DNA of 64,000 nucleotides, from assembly GCA_040954595.2 (NCBI GenBank), contig CM082579.2, positions 9,351,625-9,415,624 on the forward strand, read 5' to 3'. Under the pieces are notes generated by a model. The model saw only the letters and a program-made list of their open reading frames with translations. It was not told the DNA's origin and did no database searches. Shown here piece by piece: positions 52,050 to 64,000 of the stretch (the first letter of the stretch is position 1; every line of letters starts with the position of its first letter). Origin of the DNA: Balanoglossus misakiensis (Eukaryota; Animalia; Hemichordata). Made by a program: the position numbers and the translations under genes.

Positions 52050-55000
52050 ACTGCCTGCAATAAAAAAAGAGGCAGAGAGAAAGAGGGGGAGACCGTGGGG
52101 CAAGTTTTTTTTTGGTTTCTTGCGGGCGAACGTTACGGCCGTAATCGTTGATTTATTTCTGCAGATATTGCCGTGTAGGGGACGCAGGAATTTTGTCCAT
52201 CGTGTATGATGTTGTCTCGGTGCGGCTTTTTCAAACAGTGAATGATTCGCTGTCGACGTTTTATTCGTGCTGTCATTCTCAACCTTTAACGCATATTCAG
52301 TCGTTTTCTTGCTATATCTTAGTCTGTAGAGCGAGCCCCACAAACTGAACTCTCTCGACATTCGCAAGATTTTTTTCCCCGGCACAACGGCGAGCCCTTG
52401 GATGCGCAACAGTGCGATTGTATTAAATAAGTTCTGTATATTGACATTTGCCAGTTCATATTATCGCCATTAGAATAATTGTTTGCCTTGAACACACACC
52501 AAGTCCTGTTGGCGCGCGTGTTTGCTGTCAAAAAGTACACTGGGCCACGCGAAAATGGTCGCCCTCCCGTGTCCTAGCAACGGCGCAAGCCATCGCACGC
52601 ACCACGCTGATGACTCAATCGAATAACAATCGCCTCATCACACGCACACGAAAAAAGCACCACGTGCACGCGGTCGCGCTTCTTACTTTCTACCGTGGTG
52701 GGTCTTTCATTAAGCGAGAAACTTTTGGATTTTACAGTAATGCTAATTTCTTTTGAAGAGGAGGTGGACATTGCTGGAATGTCAAAATGCAGAAATACTC
52801 TACATCAAAATTACGATATTGCCACTAGATCTGAAAACGCTCAAGTTTGCTCGGGAAAAGTAGGGGCTAATCCTGATGTATAATTTGGGACGATAAAGTT
52901 TATAACTGCCTTTCGACCACAGTGGAAATGATCCAAGTTTAACCCCATGTTATCCATGCACACAAAAATGTTGGTTTTAGGCTTGTATTTTTACATTTGC
53001 GTCATATACATATAATTTATATGAATAAGGTGGAAAAAGAACATGTAACCCCCACCCGCGTACAAACTTCCCGCGAAGCCAAATGGAATTACCGCGCGAA
53101 ACAGGAAAGGATAATGCCACAAGAAACATTTTTAAAGGGGGGAAAAACTTAAAATCTTAAAATGCGCGATTTGGGAGGAAATGGCGCTCTTGGGCGCGTG
53201 AACAGAACTGATTGGCTGTTCAGGTGAAGAGGGGAAGATTAACAAAGATAAAAAAGTATAACTCGGGTCGAGATAATCGAAACTTCACAAGTTTCATATC
53301 AAAGTATAAATATGCCCCGGCGTAAGTCTATCTTATTACCGTTTGAATGTGGACACCTGACCCGAATTCAAAGGAGCCGACGCGAAACGGGGAAGAGGGG
53401 GAAAGACTGAAGCATGCGAGTGTCGCCCTGAGACACAAACTTCAATAATATAATCTCTCTTTGGTCAGAGGATGGGAAGCCGGAGACAAAGGATGGTTAT
53501 GACGTGATCCGTTAAAGCTTGCGCGATCCCGCGGAGTGCTGTGCATTCGGGGGGGGGGGGGTGAGAGCAGCTCGACCGGACCGGTGGTAAAGATTTCACC
53601 ATTAATTATTAATTATTGATAATTTGGAATGATTGGCGAAGGCTCCTCCGGCGTACATGTCATTTTCAATTAAGAAAGACCATAGGTGCTTTCAGTGATG
53701 CGAGCACGGATACACCGGGTGCTTGCTGGTGATTACATCACTGAGGATAAAGGGGGGGGGGGGGGACTGACTGTCAGCATCGCGAGCTCGCTCGCCTAAA
53801 CCGAGCAAATCAGAACCGAGGTGTTACGCACTTTGTGCTGGGTAATGTGATTTCCGGACTATCACCATCGTTTCCTGCGCAGACTGAGAACAGGAAATGA
53901 GGGAGAATGTCGCGCAGAATAGCTTCTTCTTCTTTTTTCTTTATCAGCACAGAACAGTAGATAACAGTGACTATTGCCCACAATCGTCGTGCTCTCTCCA
54001 TGAAACGGTACATTTTTATCGTTGACCTCTGACCTTTCCGCTATAGTCTATAATAATGGCTTGCCGGCGTTGTCATCAGTTCGATGAGTTCTTAGCGGGC
54101 CGCGGCGATGATGTATCTCAATGGCATTTTAATCATCGTCAACCTAGATTTAGAGTACAATTGGGAATTTGGACTAACATTAACCCGTCCTTCCTCAAAA
54201 GCTATAGCTGGCGGGGATGATAGAGAAATCATTAGACGATAGCGAATTGGCGTAGATGGAAATTGAGTCGTCCCGCTGAAAAAGGGTTACCCTGGAGGTT
54301 TCGTAGTGGGGACCATGCGAAACGACAGCTGCCTTTGCTTATTTGGAAAACCCACCCATTTCAGCGAAAGCCAAACACAGATAATAATTAATGTCGTCAG
54401 GAACAATAATTTTTATTGGCTTTTAAAAAAAACTTGGGCTGCGGAGACAGATACAGCCAGGTTCCCGCCAAACGACATATATATATCCCGTGCATGCGCG
54501 GCTCTGTTCTGCCGGGGAAGCTCCGATCCGTGCAGTTGCGCGGAGAGTCGCCCATTATAGTGCTTTAATAGTAGCTAAGTGTCGTTTTATAAGCTAGTCC
54601 AACACTAAATCAAGGGGGACTCGGCGCTCATCAAATTTTCATGGCATTTCTAAATATGATTTCATGTTAAGTGCAAAGCGTTACAAAAGAACCCATGCAA
54701 CACTTTTAATTGAAAGCGTGCGTATTTTTGAACAAGAATGGCAATTCTTCAGTGGCCGACGCCGTGGAGGAGAGAGTGAAAAGAAAGAGCCGGGGATGTA
54801 AAGACGCTGTCGAGATGTCTCGATACTTATCAATATTTTCCCCTATGCTTTGTAAAGTGCGTGATTAGATTTATAATTGCTAATAGGAAAGTATGGTGGA
54901 TTTGGAGTGAAACGAAAACCAATAAATAGGCGATATGTCACTGGGGAAATAGGCACCGTTAAAGTGAATAGCGCTTTAAAATGAAAAACATCAAACAACG

Positions 55001-58000
55001 GTATAAATCTCGGTGCCCGCGTGCGCCGATAACAGACAAATCAAGTGACCCCGCTGTAATTGTCCCTCTGTCAACCGGAAATGGATTTAGATAAACTCAT
55101 CATGGCAAGTGTGAAACTGCGTGAGGTGGTAAATAGACGGGGCCGACTGGAAGGACGATTATGCGTGTCTCCGAGAAGCGTGTGTGCGTGTGCGCGCGTC
55201 TGCGTGTGTGTATGTACATGTAGCCACTGCTCGGCGGACGCTAAGCGCGCGTATAAATCACGGCCGCTAAATGGACTCATTATAATTGAGTACTAGTACG
55301 CTAATACGCAGCGAGATGAAGCGTCAATGATACTATGAAATATGATTTCGACCAACCGACGTGACGTTTACAGTTTGACGAAATCGCTACCTAATTTTCC
55401 ACGTGGTAAATACTATAATTGAAGCCAGGGCCCCCAAAACTAGATCGAATTTTCCCCGAGCAAGCAGCCGCCGATTATTATTTCGGCGGATTATGTGTAT
55501 ACGGTGTATGCGCCTTATCAAGCAACTCGCCGGATTCGGGCACAACGGATCACGCGGAGTATTAAATTGATAAGGCAAGGTACGGCAAAGTAGAGAAAAC
55601 CCTGAATGATAACACCACTAATAATTATGCAGCTATAAACAGGTTTTTCAACACATCCCTCCTTCAACAACTGATAGCTGACCGAAAAATTAACCCCCGA
55701 GGCTGACTGTATATTTCACTCAATATTGAATAAATTGGTTTGTCAGCGTGTATAGAATGTTACCGATGACACCAGGAGAGGCCTGTATTGATGTTAAAAA
55801 CCATCTCATTGAAATAGAAGAGATAAAAGCCTATTCTTATGAACTACTAGCCTTTGGGCTACTTTATTAGTTTTATCCTGTCCACTCCCTGTCGTCAGCA
55901 CACACGCGTACGAGGATGAACACCCCACCCCCGTGACACGATGATGCCTCGTTCGCGCCGCGAACAACCACTGCAGTGACGTTTTTTGTTTCTCGGAGTA
56001 TCGTACAGTGCGGACGCGAAATTTAATGTCCTTTTCACAATCGCAGCCGTGTCCGATAAAAAAACGGTCGAATGAATAAAACACAACGGCAAACCTAATC
56101 TCACCTTTTCTCGAATTTAAAATTACATTACAGCGTCATCATATTTGTGTTGCTGTGTCCGCTTCGTTTTCAAATTTCCCGCTCGTTCAATTCACACGAG
56201 TCTTTAAAGGGGTATATGCATTGCACAGTGACCCTTTTGTTTCCCAATATAAACAATTACCTGCAGAGACAATAGGGGCTATTGTTTATTTATATTAAAG
56301 TGCCCACGTCGAGAAATACGGGTCCTTAATGAGCAATATTTAGGAAAATCACGCCAATATGTTCGCTCGCCTGAGTGGCAGATAACCCTATAAGGTGAAG
56401 AATTCACGCAAAACACAAAACAGATGGCCACAACAAAGTCGCGCCTGCGTGCCTGCTGCACACGCAGCGAACTCATCCCAACCCGATCTTCGCAGTGTTT
56501 ATTATACCAGAACGAATCACTAATAGTTAGAGAGTGATAGCATCTTTTGCGGATTTTTTGAAGGGATCTAGTGATTAAGCCTTTGTCCGACCATAAATTG
56601 CACACTTGACATGGTCTCTCCTTCTTTGAGAATTTTAATATTATGTCAATTACTCCAATTCTATGATGTTGTCCCCCCCCCTCCTTCTCCGTCCGCCAAA
56701 TGCCGCTGAGACCGACTCCCAGCTTTGACACTTCTCCGACTCATCTGCACCGCCGAGGACGGACCACATATACCCGTTTGTTTTCCAAAAAACACAGTCC
56801 ACTCGCTACCCGCGCCTATTTGCCCAGTGAAATCAAATCACAAACATCGGGATCTTCTCTCCGAGTTGGCACTAGCCCCCGCCGGCATTTTACATTAAGT
56901 CTTCGGATGTTGTACACAAAGGCGTTTTACAACATTAACAGGCGCACGAACGCATGATTAAAGGTGTACACACTCAGAAACCATGAATGGAAACCGAACG
57001 ATTGCGATCCGGTGGAGACGGAGAAAGAGAGAGAGAGAGAGAGAAATAAAGACATCCCAAGCTTATCTCTGCTCCAACGCGTGCACGCGCGGGTACTTTG
57101 TAGCGCCGTCATAAAAATGGAAGGAGGTAGGAGGAAAATCCATTTATTAGGTTGTATATCCGACGAATGAAGAAATTACGAGTGGAGACGGCATCCTGAG
57201 CGAACGAACCACAGGGAATACTGACACCTCAATAGCTGAGCAAATCACAAGATAATTTTGTACGAATAGGCAGAGTTTATGACCTTCGTCACTCGTGAAA
57301 AATAATCAAGAAAACAAATTTGTAAATAATTCAGTGGTTGATGAATAATTCCGAAGCTATTTGACTTTTTCTCTATTAACAGGTTCATCTAATTCATTTT
57401 ATGGCTTTATATCAACTTTGAGAAATTTTGATTAAAAGTTACAAGATTGTGAGCGGCGATACGGGTTTTCGCTATCACATCCCGGGCTCGCGAGTGACGG
57501 GGAAGTGTTCATCGGAGCGAAGTGGTATTTACGTGCCCACACGACCAGGGCTTCGCACGCACTGCAGCGCGGCGCACGAGAATTTCAGAAGAGCCCTCAT
57601 TTGCATATTAAGACGCGCGGGACGCGGCCAATCTGCATGCGCGATGCGCATCGTTTCCGCGGTTTCGAGCGAGAGTAGTGCGTTGAATACGGAATCGATG
57701 AAAACAAACGCTTCACGAAGGAAAAAAAAACACACATTGGGTTAATTTTTTTCCGTTTTGATGTACCGTAAAATTGGCTCGGATTACACAGTGAGCGCTT
57801 CTAAGTATTGGATTTCTTCTATTAACATGATTAGCGGGCCTCAATACCACATTCTACCGGGTTTTGATTTATTTGTTGCCGGCCAATTTACCCACGAAAA
57901 CTGTGCCACGGACAAAAGCCCCCAATTCCGATTTAAAAATTTCACGATAAAAGTTAAACTGAACAAAATTTTGGTTAATCTGATTACGACTACCTGCTTA

Positions 58001-58657
58001 TCGATCAACACACTGCCACGAGAGAGTATTAACTACACGTATTTACGTGTGATGCTAGCTAAATCGCAGCTTTGATCATCTGATCAATCGATGAAGATTC
58101 ACACACACACACATACTGAGGTCCGCAGCCGTGCAAAATTTATCGCAAATTCCCCTGTTTCTTGGCACGAAAGAGGCGGGAAACCGGCGCGGGGACTGTC
58201 AACTCTTTCACAATCAGAATACGTTTTTTTTATTTTAAAAAAAGAAGAAAGAAAATGCGACGACCGATAATTTCGTCCCTGGCTTCGGGCTCCGTGTGAG
58301 ATATACTTTACATCGCTTCGTCATATTAGAAGTAGGATCATTTCCGAGTCATGCATGGTTGGCGAGGGAAATTACCTCGCTTCCCTTGGACAGTGCCGGA
58401 ATATGGATGGATTTAGAATATTAGGAGGGAAGGTCCTGTAGGGTATTGCTAAAAACAAAAGGAATTATCTCTGAGTCGCTTCCTAATCTTTATCTTCGAC
58501 TTAGCTCGGGGACGGGATTCCTGCCTCGCCAAAGTTCGCCTTTGCCATCTGGCGGGCACGATGTATAAAAACGGAGCCTTTCTTTACCTTTGACATAAAC
58601 GCAGAGCGCCAATGGTTAATTGTACGGGACTATCCAGAGGTGTGGGATTATTTTTCG

Positions 58658-58989
58658 ACAGGCTGATATATAATATTTTCAGAAAACGCTATCATTGTGA
58701 TGTTGTCATTTTCTTGTAATTTTCACAAAAGGTGCCGATCGAATAAGAAGCGTTATCCGATCGCGTAAAGAAAACTCTGGCTATATCATATTGCCCGAGT
58801 TTTGACAGGCTATAGTATTGGGAATGCAAGAAAAGTGCTGACTCAGCTTTTTCCTAATATTTTAGACCCTCTTAACTGTAAACGTACTGTGGGATCACCA
58901 TGTGTTTATTTATACCTTTTTATAAGTCATTCATGTAAAGCATTAAGTAAACATTAAAACGTTTTTGATTTTGAGTAGTTCGCCTCTAA
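58658..58989 (+). repeat. Copy A of a diverged ~0.3-kb direct duplication (possibly an old MITE fragment)
   Basis: Colinear blocks are shared with 59486-59832: aacgct.tc.t.gtg.tg, tcttg.aa.tttcacaaaagg, agaagc.ttat, aaagaaa..actctg, gaaaagtgctgactcagc, attttaga.cc, taagtaaa, aacat.aaaac. Confidence 0.75.
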
Positions 58990-59485
58990 TTTACATATGC
59001 TCATATTATGTTTTAAAGGGCCGTCTGGTAATCCTGCTCATGACTATATGATTATGCGCTTTTTTCGCGTGGCCACCCAAGTGAAAATCCGACTAGCCAG
59101 ATCCCCACTTTCCATGGCAACTGTGGCCAAATTTGCATGTGTGGCCAATGTACTTTTAGCGAAACTCAAATACTCTTAAGGACTCAGTCTGAGCGTTTAA
59201 GGCGCGGTGTCTTGTGACTCGATCGCTCCGAGCCAGGCCGACTCATTTGGAACTTACCGAATACGGACGTGTCATAAGATTATAACAGCAGATATAGCTA
59301 TATGGCAAATATGACTTTCTCAAGCGCTGTATAATCCAGTGTACGCACAGGGGGCAGTTGCATATGACACGTGAGCTGCACAAATGCGGGCACCATTTTA
59401 TGATTATACCGTTAACTAAAATTAGTTTATATAGGCCTAGATGTACGTATTGAGGGCTTTGTGTACATGACAGTCATCACATTCC

Positions 59486-59832
59486 ACAGCTGTATAATGT
59501 AGAATTTTTAGAAAATGGAACGCTGTCGTAGTGTTGCCGCCATTATCTTGAAAATTTCACAAAAGGCGTCAGAAGATATAGAAGCTTTATAAATGACACA
59601 AAAGAAATACTCTGTCACCATTATTGTTGTAATACAGCTGTTCAGATAATTCACCATGCTGGAAGAACTTTACCATGGGGAGTGCAGGAAAAGTGCTGAC
59701 TCAGCATTTCCCGCAACATTTTAGATCCCGGAATAGTAAGGGGAACTCCCTGTTTTGGTTTCAAAATTCACTGATGCACAACATAAGTAAAAGCCATGAA
59801 CATGAAAACATTTTAACTGATCGGGACTTTAA
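59486..59832 (+). repeat. Copy B of the diverged direct duplication
   Basis: Shares the blocks listed for copy A at an offset of ~830-860 bp. Contains a perfect TGCTGACTCAGCA at 59694-59706 and ends in gggactTTAA. Confidence 0.75.
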
Positions 59833-61563
59833 GTGTTAGCTAGCTTGTGAGCGAGATAAACTTTGGATAATAAACGCTTGCCGCACTCAAAAATGGCCGA
59901 CTCCGCGCAAATAATTATGTCAAGTATGGTGGATTGGTGTTGTGCAAATACGCATTGAAATCATCACATTCATAACACATTCTAGACAATTTGGGTGATA
60001 TCTGTGGGTCGGCATATTTTTGATAGTTGTCACAAAAACCATGGCACAAGCATTAGGGGAAGACAAAAAAACATGTCTGTGGTAACATGTTAATCGCGAC
60101 AAGTTATCATTGATCATTGCAGGACGATCAAAACATTGTGCGAATCTGGCGGTGGTTTGAACTTTGAACTTCATCACATAACGTCACCGCAAAAGTCACA
60201 TACGATACCTTCTGATTATATTACGTCTGTTTGTCGACATTTGTCTGTCTGTCTGTCCACTCCCTCTCCCCTTTCTCCCGACTCTCACACTGAAAGAATA
60301 GTAACTTTTACCAACCAGATCGATAGAAATGCACTCTCCGCTCGCGGTAAGCGCTGTAACTGTGGCGACGATCAAATGCCCGGGCAAATGCTTGGTTTTG
60401 GTTAAAGCGCAGATTTGCTCATGTACTGTCCACATCCATCCATGCACACGTCGCCTTGTCAATTAAGTACGCGGTGGCTTCTCTACAATCTCTTTTGTAC
60501 CTCGTTTCACGGTAAAATATTTACAAAGTTATGTATTTTTGAATAGGCGAAAAAAGGGCGTGCACGCGTTATTGCCACCTTTGTCAGCTGAAATGGGCCA
60601 TGTTCGCGTCAGTACTGCGTGAAACTAACTAAAACAAGACTTGCACATATTAATAATGAGCTTAATTTAAAGCATTAGATAGTATATTTATTTGATAATT
60701 TCGACACGCCAACGATACATGGTTTTGTTTGTTTCAGATCTATTACAAATTGTTGTCAACATTGGGTGCAACTGAATAAAAGGATAGGAGAGCGCGAATG
60801 CACGCACAACCATACAAGCATATAAACAGACAAATAAGGACAAATGTCATAGAGACATTCGGAGCACTACTGAAATGAAAAAAACAACCGAATTTGTGCC
60901 CATGCAGAATTTCATTCGACTGAGGTTGGGCGGAAGAGTCGCCCCGCATTTGACAAACATGTTTGTCACATCTACAAACCCCCGCTTCTTGAGTCATCTT
61001 ATGGTCATAACACTTCAAGACAAGAAGTAACTACATTGCACATAGTCCAGAAGAGTAGGCGGGAGAGAATTAACTGCATACACTCGCTCTCTTTAGCGGA
61101 AATTGCAGATTATATTCACAAGCTCTGGAGCGTAACGGATAACGTGTAAAAAAGCTGCCAGCCAGTGTTAAAAACAAATATACGGTCATCCCACAGATAG
61201 CGCGTCATCATCTGAGCTTGACAGTCTATAGTACGGGCATGATGTGGTCCAAGGCTCTCAATCGGGATAATGAGACCTGAAAAAATATACCAGTGGACAT
61301 AACGATAAAGATGCAAAAGCAATATGTGGGGAAGATAACTATGATACCAAAGATGATAATACGACAGCGATAATAGTGATGAAACCCGACATAATGATGT
61401 TAGGACTAATGATAATGGTGACGATAATGATCACCATAATAACAATATCGCCTAATATGTATTTGTCGCGTATGAGGAGGTAGCGTTGGGACATTAAAAC
61501 ACTACGAGAAAAAGTTGTAACGTTTCATCTTGAGTGCGCGAATTTGTATCTTGTGTGTATGAA

Positions 61564-61659
61564 TGTGTGTGTGTGTGTGTGTGTGTGTGGATGGATGGAT
61601 GGATGGTACGATCTACTTTTATAGTTACGTAGTCCATTTTATCTTAGTACAACACAAAC

Positions 61660-61750
<91 letters not shown>
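61564..61750 (+). repeat. (TG)n(GGAT)n ... (TG)n(GA)n microsatellite cluster
   Basis: Read directly from the sequence. Confidence 0.95.
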
Positions 61751-61756
<6 letters not shown>

Positions 61757-64000
61757 GTATTCATGTCTGTTGCATGGCAGTCGACTGACCACAAAATGGG
61801 CACATCTTTCAAAAAAGGGCAGTGGCCAACATTTACCTGCACCAAAATAGGAAGACAGTAGGAGTTAAAAAAATAAGAGTTTGTGCAGAACTGAGAACGA
61901 CAACAAATCCACACAGTTGGCCATTTCTGCCGTGAACAGCGCACTATACATGTACCTCGCCAGCAAATGATATAAGGTATTATGGGAGAGGATATACGCT
62001 TGACGAGGGGAACATTTTGGAGTTTGAGCTACCGAGGTATAGTCGGTGTAATTGCCGCGTCGCCCTGGGGCTCAAAGATTACCCGGAATGGAAGGCTTGA
62101 TATTTTCCACCGGATTCGCGCCGGAGAATTGTTTTTTACGGCATTACACGGACAATAAAATAAATCCCCTAATCTGATCCGTCTAAGCGCAAGTACAAAC
62201 AGGGTATTGCGCTGATGCTGGAGAGGCGCGTGTCCTACCGCGGGTCACTAGCTCGCCATTGTCTGACAACCGGATCCTCTTAATGATAGAATGGGTGAGG
62301 TAAACGACTTCGAAAACTGTCAAAGATAATCTGCACGCCAGAAAATGGGGGAGTCAAACGTCCATCGAACGTCTTTGTGCAATCCTTGCGCACTCCGAGT
62401 TCTCCTAATCCGGCCTTAGGTAGAATATCTGTTTCGATAAATGCGTCGTTAGTCGCCGCTTTTTGCCAACATATGTCATGTCGCCGATGAAAATGGCACC
62501 GATATCGTTCATAATAACTGCCGTTTGCCGCCATTTATCAGTAATCATCATCATCAACAATGTCGTCATATAAACCACTCTGCCCCGTGATTTGTAGCTA
62601 GCTCAGGCGAATTGTTACTGACAACTCCCCCCCCCCCGATGCTTGCTACATGTATTTTGTCTACAGTCGACTATGTTAATCGATGTTTTCGTTAAACCAA
62701 AGTGCTAATCTCCATTTCTAAACGGATGCTATTAAAATTCATTCCTAGGTATTTCCCCTCCCCGTCTTTTTACTTTCCAGGTGCCCTACCTTACTGATCT
62801 GATTTTAGTTTTCAAGTTGCTGTAGTTTGGACGTATGCAAGTCTTGGGCATGAATGTAGTCCCGTTAGCCGACTTGGCAATGCAAGTCACCAGAAAATAT
62901 TGGATAAATTATACAATGTGTTTGTATCACTAACAGGTGGTTCACACGGTCGACGCACAGTGCACGGTCGGTCAAGAACAATACTGAGTGCAGGGAGTTG
63001 GGCTGTCTTGACATTTTCCTGGTTTTTTGCATCGGGCTGGGGTGATTCGCTGGAGCACATCGAGCCAAGCAGTGTAGGTGTAAGGCGAAAAGTCTAGAAA
63101 TCGATTTCCAGATCAATAACTGTGAAATGTGACCTAGCTCAGGACTGCCAATCGCGAAAAAAATCCCAACTTTGTCCGTCCGTTTAATTTTCCCCCGGGA
63201 TTTGGTTGTTTTGTGTTCTTTCTGTCTGCAAAAGTTTACTTTTTGTTTGTTCGCTGCCAATACTAATGAATCCAGCGAATCTGCGTGCTTGGTTTCGAGC
63301 GAGATGTCGTTCTCGTTAAAATATTTAAGTGGGTGTTCTCTATTTTACACAACTCGATAATGGGTGACGATGTTCGAATTTGCACACTCCAGTGCACGGC
63401 CGACGTCACCGAAATCGAGAGTGAATTTTGTAAGACGTCCGCACGTTTACGCGTACGTCTCCAAAAACGTCGTTTCCCCTTACATCGGCATCTTGTAACT
63501 CGGGCGGCACTGTGCCGAAACCTTACCCGCGTCTAGAAATACTGCCATGTTTTTTTCAACGTGGTTTCCAATAACAGAGCGAAAGTGGGAACTACGGAAA
63601 AATGATTATAATATACTTTAGTACAAGACCGCTACATTTACCACAACGTACGTATAAAGTTTATTTCCTCATTACTTGGTCAACTAATTTACCTGGGTGC
63701 CTAATGCTGCAGTAAAAACATTATAAAGGGTGGAAATTCAGTTTGGTAGAAATAGAGACCGTGTTATTAATCTGCTTTTGCGAAAAGCCATATTACAAAT
63801 TTGTGCCCGAACATTACCAAATCTACTCGTTTCGAACGAGATTTAAAGCCGGCCCGGTTAAAACATATAGTTATATTATCTTGCAAAGTATTGAACTGAA
63901 ATGAATGAACCGATAAACCTTGCTACGCGCGGGGAAAAAATCCTAACATTATTATTGTGGGATCTGTTGAAATTTGTATGAGGTGTCCATTTGTTCCGCA

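Noticed and set aside
56866-56876. TTGGCACTAGC (miR-96 nt 2-12)
   Set aside because: There is no complementary arm and the remainder mismatches. The order and spacing of the 183/182/96-like hits over 37 kb do not fit the compact known cluster.

Overview
Eukaryotic (animal) genomic DNA, not prokaryotic. It is microsatellite-rich and shows no obvious CpG depletion; the style suggests a marine invertebrate, possibly a deuterostome such as a hemichordate or echinoderm (inference only). The only convincing protein-coding gene is a class IV POU transcription factor (POU4/Brn3/unc-86/acj6 family) on the minus strand. Its CDS is complement(join(24237..25106,25417..25548)), 333 aa, with a 310-nt phase-0 GT-AG intron inside the POU-IV box and a probable ~2.3-kb 3'UTR ending near 21940. 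The remaining ~60 kb looks like a regulatory gene desert. It contains many microsatellites, one clean TTAA-flanked Kolobok/T2-like MITE, a diverged ~0.3-kb duplication that retains a Maf element, and a decayed fold-back with an 18-bp hairpin core. It also holds candidate cis-elements that fit a ciliated sensory-cell programme: RFX X-boxes, POU4 autoregulatory sites, proneural E-boxes and nuclear-receptor direct repeats. I found no tRNA, rRNA, CRISPR array or transposase ORF. I cannot demonstrate a new biological system from sequence alone; the non-coding findings are hypotheses to test.
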